A DNA stretch of 63,711 bases, filler included, from Reclinomonas americana ATCC 50394 (lineage: Eukaryota): assembly GCA_048213135.1 (NCBI GenBank). It is 13 parts of 13 records of this genome, joined end to end, with 100 filler letters (N's around TTAATTAATTAA, not from the genome) between each part and the next. Parts side by side here need not be neighbours in the genome. Positions count along the whole stretch, not along the records: positions 40,856 to 48,355 come from AFZH01022625.1; positions 48,456 to 53,037 come from AFZH01022626.1; positions 53,138 to 59,799 come from AFZH01022628.1; 10 more parts are not named here. One strand, written 5' to 3'. The notes beneath the pieces are model-generated. The model was not told the origin of the DNA. It ran no database searches and saw nothing but the letters and a program-made list of their open reading frames with translations. Shown one piece after another: positions 42,090-53,182 of this stretch. The position numbers and the translations under genes were made by a program. Positions within the stretch are counted from its first letter, which is position 1. Every line of letters begins with the position of its first letter.

Positions 42090-43273
42090 ATGCACAAGAC
42101 AAAGAGAGAGGGCAACTGAGTGTCTGTGCATGTGTTGCAGTCACTGGCAACGCACCTGATCGACCCGGGTGCCACACTGTGTGAGCTCAACTGTGGACCT
42201 GGTATGGAGATTGGCAAGTGGCATCGTCGACGCATCGGACGCTACATCGGCATTGATATCCTTGCTGTTGTTGTTGTGTTGTGGATGGATGATGATTGAT
42301 TGATTGATGCATTCATTGTGTGTCTTTGACTCGAGAGAATACATCCGGCGACTGTGTTTGCAGAGGAGGCCGAGCATGTGTGGGAGCAACGCAAGAGACC
42401 ATTCCCCGCCGAGTTCATCGTGTGCGAGCCAACCAATGTGAGCGCGCGCGTGTTTGTGTGCGACAGAGAGACAACTGTTGACGTTGATTTGCTGGGCAGG
42501 AGGCTATGATCAGTGAGGTGGCGCCGCACTTGAGTGCACAGTGCGATGTGGTTGCCGCCTTTCGCAGTGTCAGTCACGCCTTTGCGTCGGAGGCGATGGC
42601 GCGTGCGTTTCTGCAGAATGTGGCCGGCCTGTTGAAACCCGGTGGCTACTTTTTCGGCTACTGCGCCGACTCGTCGCGTATCTGGTGTGTCACTGAGAGG
42701 AGGAGATATGAGTGGAAGGGTCGGCTCACCAAGCATGCGCAGGCTGGAGCTGATTCACCAGAAGCGCGACCTGCGTATCCAAAACGACTTGTTCTCGCTG
42801 CTGGTGCGGGCCGACGCGGGTGCGGTGGATGCCAGTGGTGATTTTGCCGCCTTCGGGGTGGCCATGGATCTGAATGTGAACGGCGAGACGGACACGCAGG
42901 TCGAGTACCTCGTCAACTTTCCGGCCTTGTTTCAGTTTCGTGCGCGCACACTCTCTCCCCCTCCACCATTACCTCACCGTCGACTCATGTCGAGCGCAGA
43001 TTGTGTCGGGAGGTGGGCCTGCGCGTGGTGGAGATCACCAACTTTGAGGAGTTCTACGAGGACCATCAGACGGTGCACGGCGACCTGCTGCACGGCTTCA
43101 ATGTGTTTCCGAAAAACACCGGCCACAAGATCCGCAAGGAGCAAATGGACTTGATCAGCTTGTTCACCACACTCGTGCTGCAGAAGCCATTACCGGCGGC
43201 ACCTGGTGATGTGGACATGGAGGCGGCGCCGCGGGAATGGGAGACGGTGGAATTGCACGAAAAACACAAATAA
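41991..43273 (+). CDS. mRNA cap guanine-N7 methyltransferase family, resembling the plant RNMT2-type paralogue
   Basis: ATLCELNCG...KW...IGRYIGID; FASEAMARAFLQNVAGLLKPGGYFFG..DSSRIW; EYLVNFPAL...GLRVVEI.NF.EFY; LFTTLVLQK. Confidence 0.82.
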
Positions 43274-43368
43274 AGAAGAATAACACTGGGTGCCTACATT
43301 TTGTTGGAAGAAAGAAAGATATCAAAAAAACAAGTACGAAACAACCTCCACGTCCACAGGAACGGGAT

Positions 43369-45786
43369 TTAGCAGAAGACGTTGCGCAAAATGTACTTGA
43401 AGGTCGCAAACAGTCCGAGCATGCGGAAGGCAGTAATGACGCCGGTGGCCTGCGAGGGACGTGAGACACGGGGGGGAGAGAGCGCGCGCGCACTTCTGTC
43501 TGACTGCACTTCACCTGCGCCATGGTCACTCCCATCAACAGCGTGTCCTGGCCAGTCATCCACAGATTCTCGATCGGCGTCTTGCAGTCGAGGCGCTCCA
43601 TGACCTCCCACTTGCTGCTCACACGCGAGCGGGGTGAGCGACACAGAGAGGAGACGCAAATTGTGCGTAGCGGAGACGTACCAGAAGCGCTCAGGTGACG
43701 GGTTGAGGCCAATGGGCGTACCCTTCGACGCGCCCAGCCAGTTCTGAATGCTCAGCGGAGTCGACACATCGACCTGCAGAGGCACAACAGAGAATTCAGT
43801 CGCGAGGTGGTCGACACTGAAGTAGTGGTGGCGGGATTGACGCAACAAAGTCCTCGGCGTCGCGGAGCTGCGGGAAGTGCTTGTACAGCACGGCCAGGCC
43901 CCAGTCACGCCACTCGCGCTTGACGGCCTCGTACTCGGCACCGCGGTGCTGTGCAATACGAAAGAGTGAGCCACCAAACACACCAGCACACAGATCAGTC
44001 GCCTGTTGTCGCTCACCTCTGGCGTCTCGTCCTTCCACTTGAGGAACCACTCGTAGCGGGCGGGGATCAAAATCTGCACCGTGGTCTTGTCGGGGTGGTG
44101 CGTGGCCCAGTCGCGGTCCTTGATGGAGGGGAAGGTGATCATGACGGGTGGGAACTCCACAGGTCGCTCGCGCAGCGGGTCCGCCGAGTCCATGAATCTG
44201 CACCACTACAGGTGTGAGACAGCGTGTATCACACATGTTTCGTTTCTATCAAGGAAACAAACTCACCGGCGCAACGGCGCCACCATGTCGCCGTCGGGTG
44301 TGGTGGGGTAGTGCCACACGTTGGCGTTGGCGAGCTTCAAGCTCTTCTCCGAACCACGGAAACCGGCGTTGATCATGACCATGCCAGGTCCGTCGTCGCA
44401 GCCCGGCAGCTTCAGCGGAATCTTGTTGCGCTCAATGACTGCACGGCGCACAAGGTTGCGGAAGGTCACGTGGTATCCAGCCGAGCTGACGATGTACTTG
44501 CGGGCGTTGATGGTGGTGCCCTCGATGCGCACGCCAGTGGCACGGTTGCTCTCATCCACAATGATCTCGTCGACGCGAGCCGCGCAGAACACTGCACCGC
44601 CAGCATCCTCAATCACCGGCACCAGGGCCGCCGCCATGCTCTCCGATCCACCACGCGGGTAGTATCCACCATAGCGCGGGAAGCCGCGGAAGACTGAGGT
44701 GGCCAGGAAGAACGAGCAGGTGTCCGGCGGAGCGCCAGTGTCCAACCACAAAGCGTTGATGATGGCCACCACACGCGGATCCTTGATGCCGATCTTGGGG
44801 TCGGCCAGACCCTCAGTCGCTACACGACAAGCGCGTGAGTCGGAGAAAACTCCCTCTGTGCGCACACACACACTCACCGGTCTTGGAGGCCCAGTACTCG
44901 AAACCGCCAAGGAAGAGCTTCCAGAAGGGGCGCTGCAGCCACACGGGGAAGGCCTTGCACATGAAGAAGAGGAAGGTGGTCTTCATGAACGAGGTGGAGA
45001 CGCTCATGTAGCGCTCCAGAGCCTCGCGCTCGTGCGGGAACTGGTTCATCAGGTCGGGGATGTGGGCCTCCTTTGGACGAATGTTGAACGGGGTCGACGA
45101 GTCGCCGAGGTACACCTTGTCGTAGATGCCGAGCGGATCATCCTGACCCATCAGCTCCAGCTGGACGGGGTTGTGGCCAATCGACACCTGCAGATCGCAG
45201 TCAGCACCGGCACAACCTCGCCTCCCAGCACCACCGCCGACGCAACATGGAACAGCGGGCCGTGCCACGGCACCGTGTAGTGCAGACCCGAGTCGTACTT
45301 GTAGTTGGCGCCAAGCTCAAACATGTGCGAGCTGCCAAGCGCCGTCGGAAAAACACGTCACGAGTGTGAGAAGTCAGCGAAAAAATGTGGAAACAAGCGA
45401 GAGACAACTCACCCGCCGCCGACTGTGGTCGCATGCTGCTCGAGCACCACCACACGATTGCCAGAGCGCGCCAGAATCGCCGCCGTGGTCAATCCCGACA
45501 TGCCGCCTCCAACGACCACCACATCAACATCCTTTGGCAGCTTGGACGAGTGGAACTTGGTGCGCAGGCGCAGCGGGTTCCAGGCCTTCTTGGGTGGCAC
45601 CGAGCCGCCCACATGCACCACTTCACCATCGCGGTTGCGGTACGGAGCAGCGACCCACACAGCGAGCGCGATCCAGGTGGCGAGTGAGAGCAGAGTGCAC
45701 CATGCGCCCAGCCAGCCCAGGTAGAAGAGGCCGTAGGTGGAGCCTAGAGTGACCACAAAGTAGGCAATCGCCGTCAGGCGGATCAT
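43369..45786 (-). CDS. Retinol saturase / phytoene-desaturase-family FAD oxidoreductase with N-terminal membrane segments
   Basis: KFHSSKLPKDVDVVVVGGGMSGL...VVVLEQH..GG..H.F...YDSGLHY; GGYYPRGG; ITFPSIKD; STPLS; TPIENLWMTGQD. Confidence 0.85.
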
Positions 45787-46047
45787 GTTTCTGTTCTGAG
45801 AGGGGGAGAGAGGAGGGGGGGGGGGGGGGTGGAGTGTGCATGCGATGTGCCATGGCGAGAACAACACACACGCACACACGCACGCACACACACACAGGCA
45901 GTGAGGTGGTGCATTGCACGTGCAAGTGAGTGCACAAAGAGAGAGAGAGACAGTGAGGAGTGACGGTCGTGACGCACCAACGCCGGCGAGACGAGTGATA
46001 CTGGGCGAGGACGAGGACATAAACATTGGCACTTTTTTTTAAACAAC

Positions 46048-47544
46048 TCATGGCGCTTTGGGCGCGAGCTCAAAGAGCATGCGTATTACACCGGTGCGGG
46101 CGAATCCGAGAGGCTCGATCAGCGTGAACATGGCGGCATTGTCGCGTTGCACGGCGAAGAAGGCTTTGCCTTGTGCACTTCGCACGTGATCGCACAGCGC
46201 GCAGAGCACCGCTGTGCCGACGCCATTGCGCCGGTACGCCGGCTCCACGTGTAGCATCCCCACTGTGTTGTCCACTCTGCGTACATATGTGTGGTAAGCG
46301 GCACAGAAACGAAGAGAGGGACATGGACGAGACTTCGAACGCAACTGGTGAAGCACGTATGCAACCAGCTCGTTGGTGGCCTTCAGGCGCATGCTCGACG
46401 TTGGTCCGCGATTAATTAGGTGACGGATCAGTGCCGGTGAGCTGGGATTGCGATACGGCTGTGCGTGCCAGGTACAGAGATGAGAACACCAACAGGTGCA
46501 GGATTCAAGACAGCAGCGTGGCGCACCCAGTTGTCATTGACTTTTCTCCAGTCGTCAACGTGCAACGGGGCTGGCTCGGTGAACAGATGCCTGTCGATCT
46601 GGTCGGGAGCCTGCAGCTTGGAGTCGTGTGGCACGACAATGTCTTCGGAAAAAAGAGCTGACGGTACGTGATGCGTCGGCAGCCGCGTCACGGCCGCCGC
46701 TCGCACAGCCGACGCCAGCGGCTCCTCCATCCACATGAATGAGATGGGCGGCAAGTGTGGCAGCACCTCTGACGGCGCATGACGCACACACAGCTGCTCC
46801 AAGTCTGTGATCATGCATCCAGTCAGTCACACGAGCCACCGCAGCGGGAAACGATGGCGTGCGCACCACGCTCGCTGAGAAAGCCGCGCTCGACCATCGA
46901 CCAAGGATGCCTCTGTGTGACATAGTCGATGACTGCGTGCGCCGTCAGTCGCGTGTGCTCCGGGTCGCGCGCCACCGCCGGCGGCATGTACACCCAGTAC
47001 CGCGGCGACATGAGACTCGACTCCAGACACACAAAGTAACATGACGGCGAGGATGTTGACAGCGAGGGTCGTGCCGTGGCGGAAACATGCACAGCGCGAT
47101 TGATGCCCCCTGCGCGCGCGCGATAGAGGGAGAGAGAGAACAGAGTGAGTTTCAGCATCAGAGTGTGGATTTTGGACGAACGCTGACCATTGTGAAGCAA
47201 GCCGTGTAGTCGCCAGGTCTACTCACAGAGAGGGAGAGGGAGGGAAAGAGCAGGTGAGCGATCACGAGCATGCGAGAGAGTGTGTGTGTCAGTGTGTGAT
47301 CACTGCGCGCAACAGAGAGATGATCATTGAGTCGTTTGTCACCCGGTGTGTCCATTAACAACGTGGCCACCGAGGCAAAGTCGCCAATGTCAGCCGATGG
47401 GCGCGACTGCTGCGGCGCCAGCAGAGTGCGTGTGTGGAACGAGAAGTCGGCTGTCGCTGCTCGTGACTGCGAGAAGAGTGCGAGAAGCGATTGTTCGCCA
47501 CTTGTGACGGCGCTCCCACCCAGCCGCGTGAGGAGTGCCGACAT
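46048..47544 (-). CDS. GNAT acyltransferase (FR47 / glycine N-acyltransferase-like), paralogue 1
   Basis: VNDNWPYRNPSSPALIRHLI; NELVAY; VGMLHVEPAYRRNGVG acyl-CoA motif; DNAAM...LGF; 5 introns. Confidence 0.82.
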
Positions 47545-48213
47545 GTCGAGCAGCGGTGGGGGTGGGGTGGGGGTGAGGTGTCGAGAGGGACTTGTGTGCG
47601 ATGTGCGCAACGAGAGAACAAAATTCGAACACACAACGCGGAAAATTGATTGGTTTTCGTCGATCAACAAAATGGAGCGGATTGGCGAGAATGAGGGCAA
47701 GGATCGCGAGTGCGCTGGCACCTGAAGAGCGCATTGATTATGCGTGCCAAGGAGAATGACGAACAGGCGCTCGGATACCGTTGCGGGTCCGGATATGTAC
47801 AGTTGACAGCCGTTCGAATTCGAGCGAGTGCGTGTCTTGGCGACAACGCAGCGCACGCTGCAGCTTCATGCAAGAAGCGAACTCGAAAGGTCATCATTTT
47901 CCAAGAAGGGATGCACAAGAACACGTGAAGTCAGGAATGTGTTCGAATTCGTTTCGTTTCTTGCTGGCAATTTGCTGCTGTTTCAAGAAACTTATTGGCC
48001 CCAATCGCTGCATATGTCGACGGAGTTCGCGTCTGGTGAGGCCTTCAATTTCTCTTGAATGGAGCATCCGTGAATCCGTATGTTCGACATGCCTCGATCT
48101 TCATGAGATCATGCAGCTTTTGCAAATAGACCATCTTGTATTACTTATACAATCTACAGAGGAACAAAACAAAGGAAACAAAAACACAAGAAGCAGGCAC
48201 TGCACGCTTGCTT

Positions 48214-49088
48214 CTACGACCCGGAGCGGTCGCGGACGCGGCCACCGCGAGCACCGCCAACCCGGCGTACTCCGGATCCCGAGGCGCCGTCGGCATCAGT
48301 GGTGGTGGTGGTCGTGCAGACCGTCGGGAGCTCGCGCTCACGCCGAATGGTCTTCNNNNNNNNNNNNNNNNNNNNNNNNNNNNNNNNNNNNNNNNNNNNT
48401 TAATTAATTAANNNNNNNNNNNNNNNNNNNNNNNNNNNNNNNNNNNNNNNNNNNNATCCCACAGCGCAGTGCCACCACTGCACTGAGTGCACAGCTCGCG
48501 GAGCTGCGACTCCAGCACGTCACGGTTGGCACCGCGCTGCATCGGCGTGAGGCCCATCATCTCCGTGACGGTGGTGTTGAAGCGCACGAGCGCGAGGCTG
48601 TCGCGGTCCGTCATGTACTCCTCCACCACCGCACGCAGCGCCGAGGTCACGGCGCGGATGCGCAAGCCGGCCATAGAGCCAGAAGAGTCGAGGACGGCGA
48701 TCACTCGCAGCGGCAGCTCCGCGGCCTGGCGCTTCTCGCTCACGCGCGTCTTCACGTACGTCTTGCGGTCGGTGACCGTGCCACTGCCGTCAGCGGCAGC
48801 CGTTGCCGTAGCCGTCGCCTTGGGCGATGCCTTCGGTCGCGGAGACGTCGAGGCACTCGAGCCGGCGCCGGTCGATCGCGGCGGCGACGGAGGGGCGGAT
48901 CCGCCCGCCAGCGAGCTCACGTCACCCGGGTGCTTGAAGCCGCACAGGCGCTGCGTGCACTGGTCGCCCTGGCGACACGCGTGCACACGGTCCCATGGCA
49001 GGTGCAGGTAGGCGCAGTCAGCCACGCGGCAGCCACCACGGTGGTAATGATAGCAGGGGAGAGTACTTGTGTTGCGAGCGTTGGCCAT
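48214..49088 (-). CDS. Tandem CCCH zinc finger + vWA domain protein (interrupted by spacer; tail 48214-48355 assigned by inference)
   Basis: CYHYHRGGCRVADCAYLH and CRQGDQCTQRLCGFKH; VIAVLDSSGSM (MIDAS), LALVRFN, GGTALWD. Confidence 0.8.
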
Positions 49089-49472
49089 GGTTGTTGATGT
49101 TGTGGTTGTTGTTGTTGTTGAAATGCTGTATGGAGAGGCGATTAGAAATGGAGGGGGAGAGGAGAGGGAGGTGGGAGGGGTGGTGGTCCGCGCTCACCGA
49201 AGGACGAAGAAAAATGGTATGCGACAACTGTCCCATTCCCGGCTCCTAATGTGACAAATCGGTCAAGCACGAAATCCGGCAAATGGACATGCTGAAAATA
49301 AAGCACCCACCGCCGCGGGGCGGGGCAGATCCTGTTTTGGGTGCTGCTAAGTGTGATAGTGAGAACAGCAACAAAAGGGCAAACGTGCAGTTGCTGCACA
49401 TGTTCGTCTCCACGTACGTAACCAAGCATTCGCAGTTCATTTCCTGCATTCGATCTCACCGCGCGCATTCCT

Positions 49473-50790
49473 TCACAACTTTGCTCTCATGGGCGCCGGC
49501 GCCTTGGGCACCATGCTGAACCACACCCGTGCCACGCCGGTCTTCACGTACCCAAGAGAGCCGGTCAACCCGAACGAGGCCTCATTGTTGTCTTTCACAC
49601 ACCCGTACGGCAGGTGTCTCCGCCGCACTTCTTCAGTGAGACGGCTCAGAATCGCACGACCCAGGCCGTATCGACGGTACGGAGGCTCCACATGACCCAT
49701 GCCGATGGTTCCGTCCAATCTGCACAGCGATAATGCAAGTGGGTTGGCTCACGTGCACTGCGGTGTGGACAACTTGTGCACGCAAGTCGCAACTGATACA
49801 AGGTGAAAGCCACCAACTCGTTGGTCGCCTTCAGTCGCACCGACAATGTGGGAAAGTGCTTGATGAGGTACCGGATCAGTGCCGGCGAGCTGGCGCTGCT
49901 GTACGGCTGTGTGTGCGCGCGTGCGCGTGCATGTGTCAGTGTCGTACACCTACTGTACCACGCGCGCAGGTCGCACTCACCCACTTGTCATCCACCTCCT
50001 TCCAGTCCTCCTCGCGCAGCGGTGCCGGCGGAAGGAAGAGGCGCTCGTCGATTTTGATGTCGCGGAGGGCGATGCTCGGCGGCAAGCAAATATCGTCAAA
50101 CGAACCCGACGAGTCGACCTGATGCGCCGGAAGTCGCTTGAGGAGAGCGGAACAAAGCAGCGAGGCCAGCGGTTCCTCACAGCCCGAGATCGAGATGACT
50201 GGCAGTCCCTGCACGTCTGCAATCGCGATGAATCAGCTGCGTGCAGATGCTTACGCACGCCTGCACACACACACCATCCAACTGCTTCACAAAGCCACGC
50301 TCCACCATCGATGCCGGGTGCCGCTCCATCAAGTAGTCAGCAATTACTGAGGTGATGCGCAGCGCGTCTTCCATGTTCTGCAGCGTGCTCTGCGGCACAA
50401 ACACCCAGTACGAAGCCGACGTCAAGCCCATCTCCACCACCACAAACGTCTGCGCGGCAGCCGTGGTCACAAGGGTTGCGCGACTGACGCCTCCTGCACA
50501 AGCACGCATGCGGATTCGGTCTCACATGCATCATCTTGTTCGCAACAGCAGCAGCGAGCGAATGTTACCAGTGTGCAGCAGACAATGCAGTCGCCATGTC
50601 TGCGCGATCAGAGTGTGAGTGGCGCGCGCATGAGGAGGTGTGGGAGTCACGCAACTGACAGGTGATAGTTGCGCGACTTGTCCGTGGGCGTCTCCAACAA
50701 CGTGGCCACGGCGGCAAAGTCACTCACAGCTGCTGATGGGGTGCGTTGCTCAGGCGACAATAGAGTGCGGGTGGTGCACGATGACGCCAT
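49473..50790 (-). CDS. GNAT acyltransferase paralogue 2, C-terminal PTS1 (-AKL)
   Basis: DGTIGMGHVEPPYRRYGLG; DNNEASFGL..LGY; intron positions shared with paralogue 1. Confidence 0.85.
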
Positions 50791-50847
50791 GGTGACGCGA
50801 GGAGGAATTGACGCGAGCGGGGCAGGACGATCTCGCACCCCTTGTTT

Positions 50848-52166
50848 TTACAACTTGGCTGTTGGTGTCGGGGAGAATTCTAACCACAGTCGCATGGTGC
50901 CCATTTTCACAAAGCCGAGGGTGTCGAGCATGGAAAACGAGGCCTCGTTGCCACTCTTCACGCCGCCGAGCACGGGATGGCCGGCGGCTCGTACCTGGCG
51001 GCACATGAGGTTGAGCGTGGCGCGTCCGAGGCGATGCCGACGCACGTGCTCCTCCACATGCCCCATGCCGATTGTTCCGTCCAGTCTGCAAGCGTGCATG
51101 AGACAAGATAAGAAGGAAGCGAACGACGTTTGCGACCGCACGCAACTGCCGAAGGGTGAACGCGACGAGCTGGTTGTTGGTGCTGGAGCGTACGGAGAGC
51201 GTCGTGGTCGACTGAATGAGGTACCGTATGAGCGCTGGAGAGCTTGCACTGCGGTACGGCTGCGTGCACCCGTGAATGCAAAGCCGGTGCTGCACAGTGT
51301 TGCTTTACAACGTTAACTACGAACCCACTTGTCGTCCACTTCCTTCCAGTCGTCGGTTCTGAGGGGCTCCGGGGGATGGAAGAGGGTGGGATCGATCGGG
51401 TCCACAGCTGGCAGGTCGACACTGGCCGGCACGCACACGTCCTCAAAACGCGACTGATACGAGAGATGCAGCTGGCGGTGCACGTGCGGTGCATGATGCT
51501 TTCGCATCGCCGTTATCAGCAGCGAGCCGAGTGGTTCCTGGACACCCATGAACCCCACTGGAGGAAGCTGATGGGCAGCCGCCTGCGCACTGTCTGCACA
51601 GCTCACGCATGTGGGCTTGTCTCCACTGCTGCCACGTAGGTACGTAGTTGCTCACCGACAAAGCCGCGCTCCACCATGGACGCCGGATGTCGCGCCATGA
51701 CAAAAGCAACAATCGCTCGGGCCACCTCGGCCGTCTGCTCAACGTTGTCCAGCACGCGTTGCGACACGTACACCACGTAGCGGTGCGATGTCAGGCCGGC
51801 CTCCAGCAGCACAAAGCGATGGGTCGTCTTCTTCACAGTGACAAGAGTGGCGCGAGTGATGCCTCCTGTCGCACATGCACAGAGTGATTCAACAAGAAAA
51901 ATTGCAGTGCGTTGATGAGACCAATGCACACCTGTGCGAAGCCAGAAGAACAGGCGCCACGTCTGTGCGCCTCAGCATGAGCACGACTGCGTGAATGTGT
52001 GCGTGCACAAACTTGTGATCGCACACGCAACGGAGGAATGCAAGTTGTCGCGCTCATTCTCTGTCGTCTCCATCAACCGTGCAACCTCGGAAAAACTGAG
52101 GTGCCTCTCATGCGCCTTTAGTGGCCACAGCGCTGTCTCCTCAAAGGCCAACTCCTGTGTGCTCAT
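50848..52166 (-). CDS. GNAT acyltransferase paralogue 3, C-terminal PTS1 (-AKL)
   Basis: DGTIGMGHVEEHVRRHRLG; GNEASF..LGF; ends PTPTAKL*. Confidence 0.85.
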
Positions 52167-52198
52167 CGAGAGGACGGCAAATGTTCGGATCGATCGCT

Positions 52199-53037
52199 TT
52201 ACAATTTCGCTCGTGGCGCACCACCACCACCACCACTGCCCTTCAACGCCATTGTGAACCACACACGCAAACCACCAGTCTTGACAAAGCCAATGGAGCC
52301 AATGAGACCAAAGGAGGCTGTGTTGTCCGGCCGCACGGTGCCGTACAGGAACGGCTGCAACTCGCGCACACGTCGGCTGAGCACATTCAGGGCGGCGCGG
52401 CCGACTCGATGCCGTCGGAAAGCAGGATCCACGTGCCCCATACCGATGCTGCCATCGAGTCTGCGCGCACAGTCAGTGTGGTGCGCGCGTGGGGAGCGAC
52501 AGCAGAAAACCGATGATACAAAACTGACGAAGGGAAAAGGCGACGAGCTCGTTGCTGCTGACGGTACGCACGCCACACGTGACCGTGTGCTCGATGAGAT
52601 GGCGGAGGAGTGCAGCCGTCGTCGCGTCACTGTAAGCCTGCACATGGCGTGAAGGTGAGTAGAGAGTGTGCTGCTGCGATGCGCGCACACTCACGACAAT
52701 GCAGACCCAAGAATCGTTGACTTCTCTCCAGTCGTCCGGCAGCAGCGCGGACGGCAGGTGAAAGAGCTCCGAGTCGAGAGTATCGACTGGCGGCAGCTGG
52801 ATGCTGGTGGGCAGACACACGTCCTCGAACGAATCCCACGACAGCACGCCAATCGACGGCACCCGACGCTGCATGTGCTTGGCCACCATGGAGGCCAGTG
52901 GCTCCTCCATTCCCATGAACCCGATGGACGGGAGCGCCGCCAAGGTCTCTTCTAGCGTACGCAGCTTCTGCAGTGCTGCTCACACGATGGGGTGAGGTGG
53001 AGTGCGACGGAAAACACACACACACACACACAAATTA
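52199..53037 (-). CDS. GNAT acyltransferase paralogue 4 (5' truncated), C-terminal PTS1 (-AKL)
   Basis: GFMGMEEPL; DGSIGMGHVDPAFRRHRVG; ends GAPRAKL*. Confidence 0.83.
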
Positions 53038-53182
53038 NNNNNNNNNNNNNNNNNNNNNNNNNNNNNNNNNNNNNNNNNNNNTTAATTAATTAANNNNNNN
53101 NNNNNNNNNNNNNNNNNNNNNNNNNNNNNNNNNNNNNTGCACTGGCTGGCTGGCTCATCCGTTCCTCACTCATCAATCACAG

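Noticed and set aside
46036..46050. Stop read-through creating a cryptic PTS1 on GNAT paralogue 1
   Set aside because: Read-through adds only x-V-V before TAA, which is not a PTS1
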